This document shows positions 62,701-64,000 of a stretch of DNA of 64,000 nt, in pieces. The position numbers and the translations under genes were made by a program. The notes beneath the pieces were generated by a model. That model was given only the letters and a program-made list of their open reading frames with translations, was not told where the DNA came from and did not search any database. Where the stretch lies: contig CAVTCR010000007.1 in the NCBI GenBank assembly GCA_963733195.1, forward strand, positions 37,305 to 101,304. Direction: 5' to 3'. Numbering within the stretch: position 1 is the first letter of the stretch; every line of letters begins with the position of its first letter. Origin of the DNA: an uncultured delta proteobacterium (GTDB taxonomy: Bacteria; Desulfobacterota; Binatia; Bin18).

Positions 62701-63292
62701 GCCGAGCAAGGGCAAGCAGAAGAAGGGATTGCGCAGATACACGAGGGCTTAGCCGCCTACCGAGCTACAGGGGCAGGAGGATGGCAGCCGTATTTTCTTG
62801 TTCTATTGGCCGAGGTGGATGGCAAAGGTGGGCAGACAGAGGAAGGGCTCGCCGTGCTGGCCGAGGCGTTGGCAATGGTAGAAAGTGGTGGAGAACGTAT
62901 GATGGAGGCGGAGCTGTATCGGCTGTACGGGGAGCTATCGCTCCGAGCGGGCGAAACGTCGAACGGCGAACGGGCGAAAAGTCTGAGGTCGTCCCCATCG
63001 CCCGATCTCCCAGTCGCCCTATTCGTCTCCAGAGGCATGTTTCCTCAAAGCCATCGACATTTCCCGCAAGCAGCAAGCCAAATCCCTCGAACTGCGCGCG
63101 GTGATGAGCCTGGTCCGGCTACGCCAACAACAAGTCCGGGAGCACGCAACACGTAATACGCAACACGAAGTACGTAACAGGCTCAACGAAGCTCACCAGA
63201 TGTTATCTGAGATTTACAATTGGTTCACCGAAGGGTTCGACACCAAAGATTTGCAGGAGGCGAAGGCGTTGATTGAATCATTGAGCCATTGA
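59757..63292 (+). CDS. Double zinc ribbon + class III adenylate/guanylate cyclase + AAA ATPase + TPR protein, frameshifted
   Basis: CPNCATENPPGAKFCNEC, ERRQLTVMFCDLVDST, YLGDGLLVYFGYP, GEPGIGKSRL, EDIHWADPST, FKHALIQDAAY, WFTEGFDTKDL. Confidence 0.93.
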
Positions 63293-63293
63293 G

Positions 63294-63666
63294 TCATTGA
63301 GCCATTTTATGAAGCCCAGTTGTTGAGGTAGACGAGTTGGTCCCGCATCTCCTCCACCGACCGGGAATTGAGAAGTTGAACAGCGCACGGATGTTGCGAC
63401 GTGGGTTATCCTGTGTGGCAAGGATAATACCGGCGTGAGTTCCCCCTCCGTTTACTAGAATGTCGTAGTGCAACCGAGGATAATCATTACTGTTGTACGT
63501 GAGGATCGGAGTATTCCTGACTCGTTGCGAAAGCGATCTGGTCTGGGTCTCCCATCCCACGTCGCCCTGCCTCTTCGGTCGTGAGAGCCTCCCAACCTCG
63601 CAGACGAAGAGCCTCGGCGATATAGGTGTGAACGTCCTCGTCGAGGTAGATTTTAATGTTCGTCAT
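63294..63666 (-). CDS. DUF5615 PIN-like toxin (one frameshift)
   Basis: IYLDEDV, DPDQIAFA, ILTYN, HAGIIL; start overlaps the DUF433 gene end. Confidence 0.85.
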
Positions 63667-63973
63667 CTTTGGGAGGAACAAGTGTTGGAGGATATTTCTT
63701 CATGATCGTTTCGATATCCGTCAACTCGGCAATCTCCTTGTCGATTTCTTCTCGATGATCGTAGTAATAAGCGAGTGCTCCGTGGACCTCGGCTGGGGTC
63801 AGGTGAGGGAAATCCCACAAGATCTCTTCGACCGACAACCCACGATGGTAGTTTTGCACAATCGAGCTGACGGGAAAGCGGCTGCCTTTAATGACCGGTC
63901 GTCCCCCCTGGACGTCTGGACGACGTTCGACGTAAGGATGACCAACTTCGGAAGGAATGGACTGCGCACTCAT
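63653..63973 (-). CDS. DUF433 family antitoxin
   Basis: GGRPVIKGSRFPV...HLTPAEVHGALAYYYDHREEID. Confidence 0.92.
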   Translation of the reverse strand: MSAQSIPSEVGHPYVERRPDVQGGRPVIKGSRFPVSSIVQNYHRGLSVEEILWDFPHLTPAEVHGALAYYYDHREEIDKEIAELTDIETIMKKYPPTLVPPKDDEH

Positions 63974-64000
63974 ACGAAACTCCTGTTTGTTTGCTACTGT

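Overview
Bacterial genomic window of about 55% GC. Gene content resembles Candidatus Binatia / Deltaproteobacteria-like soil MAGs (inference). Many single-base frameshifts suggest an unpolished long-read assembly. (i) 1-16.5 kb is a stress-gene island (AraC regulator, Dps, PAS histidine kinase, Hsp20, PTS enzyme I, SPFH, DUF937-OmpA, GlsB/YmgE, DUF1328). It is bracketed by a ~245-bp direct repeat and carries five copies of one promoter/operator module. (ii) 16.7-25 kb holds metabolic and housekeeping genes, ending in a STAS/cNMP-domain glutaminase. (iii) 25.9-32.9 kb is a FecR-TPR-beta-barrel / secreted Cys-rich protein / CHASE2 adenylate cyclase signalling locus. (iv) A TPP riboswitch precedes thiC. 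(v) 36.4-50.1 kb is a defence island: HipA-like kinase plus HIRAN protein, and a YprA-like helicase / SNF2 helicase / large N6-adenine methyltransferase operon. The methyltransferase gene contains a complete four-helix-bundle gene in another reading frame, bounded by 23-bp inverted repeats, while the host frame stays open. A ~420-nt highly pairable non-coding segment lies upstream of the operon. (vi) 50.1-64 kb has an M48 peptidase, tRNA-Val(CAC), the maf-yggS-proC-yggT-yggU cluster, oxidoreductases, an adenylate cyclase-AAA-TPR gene and a DUF433/DUF5615 toxin-antitoxin pair. Inverted 7-8-mer tandem repeats occur between and inside many genes.
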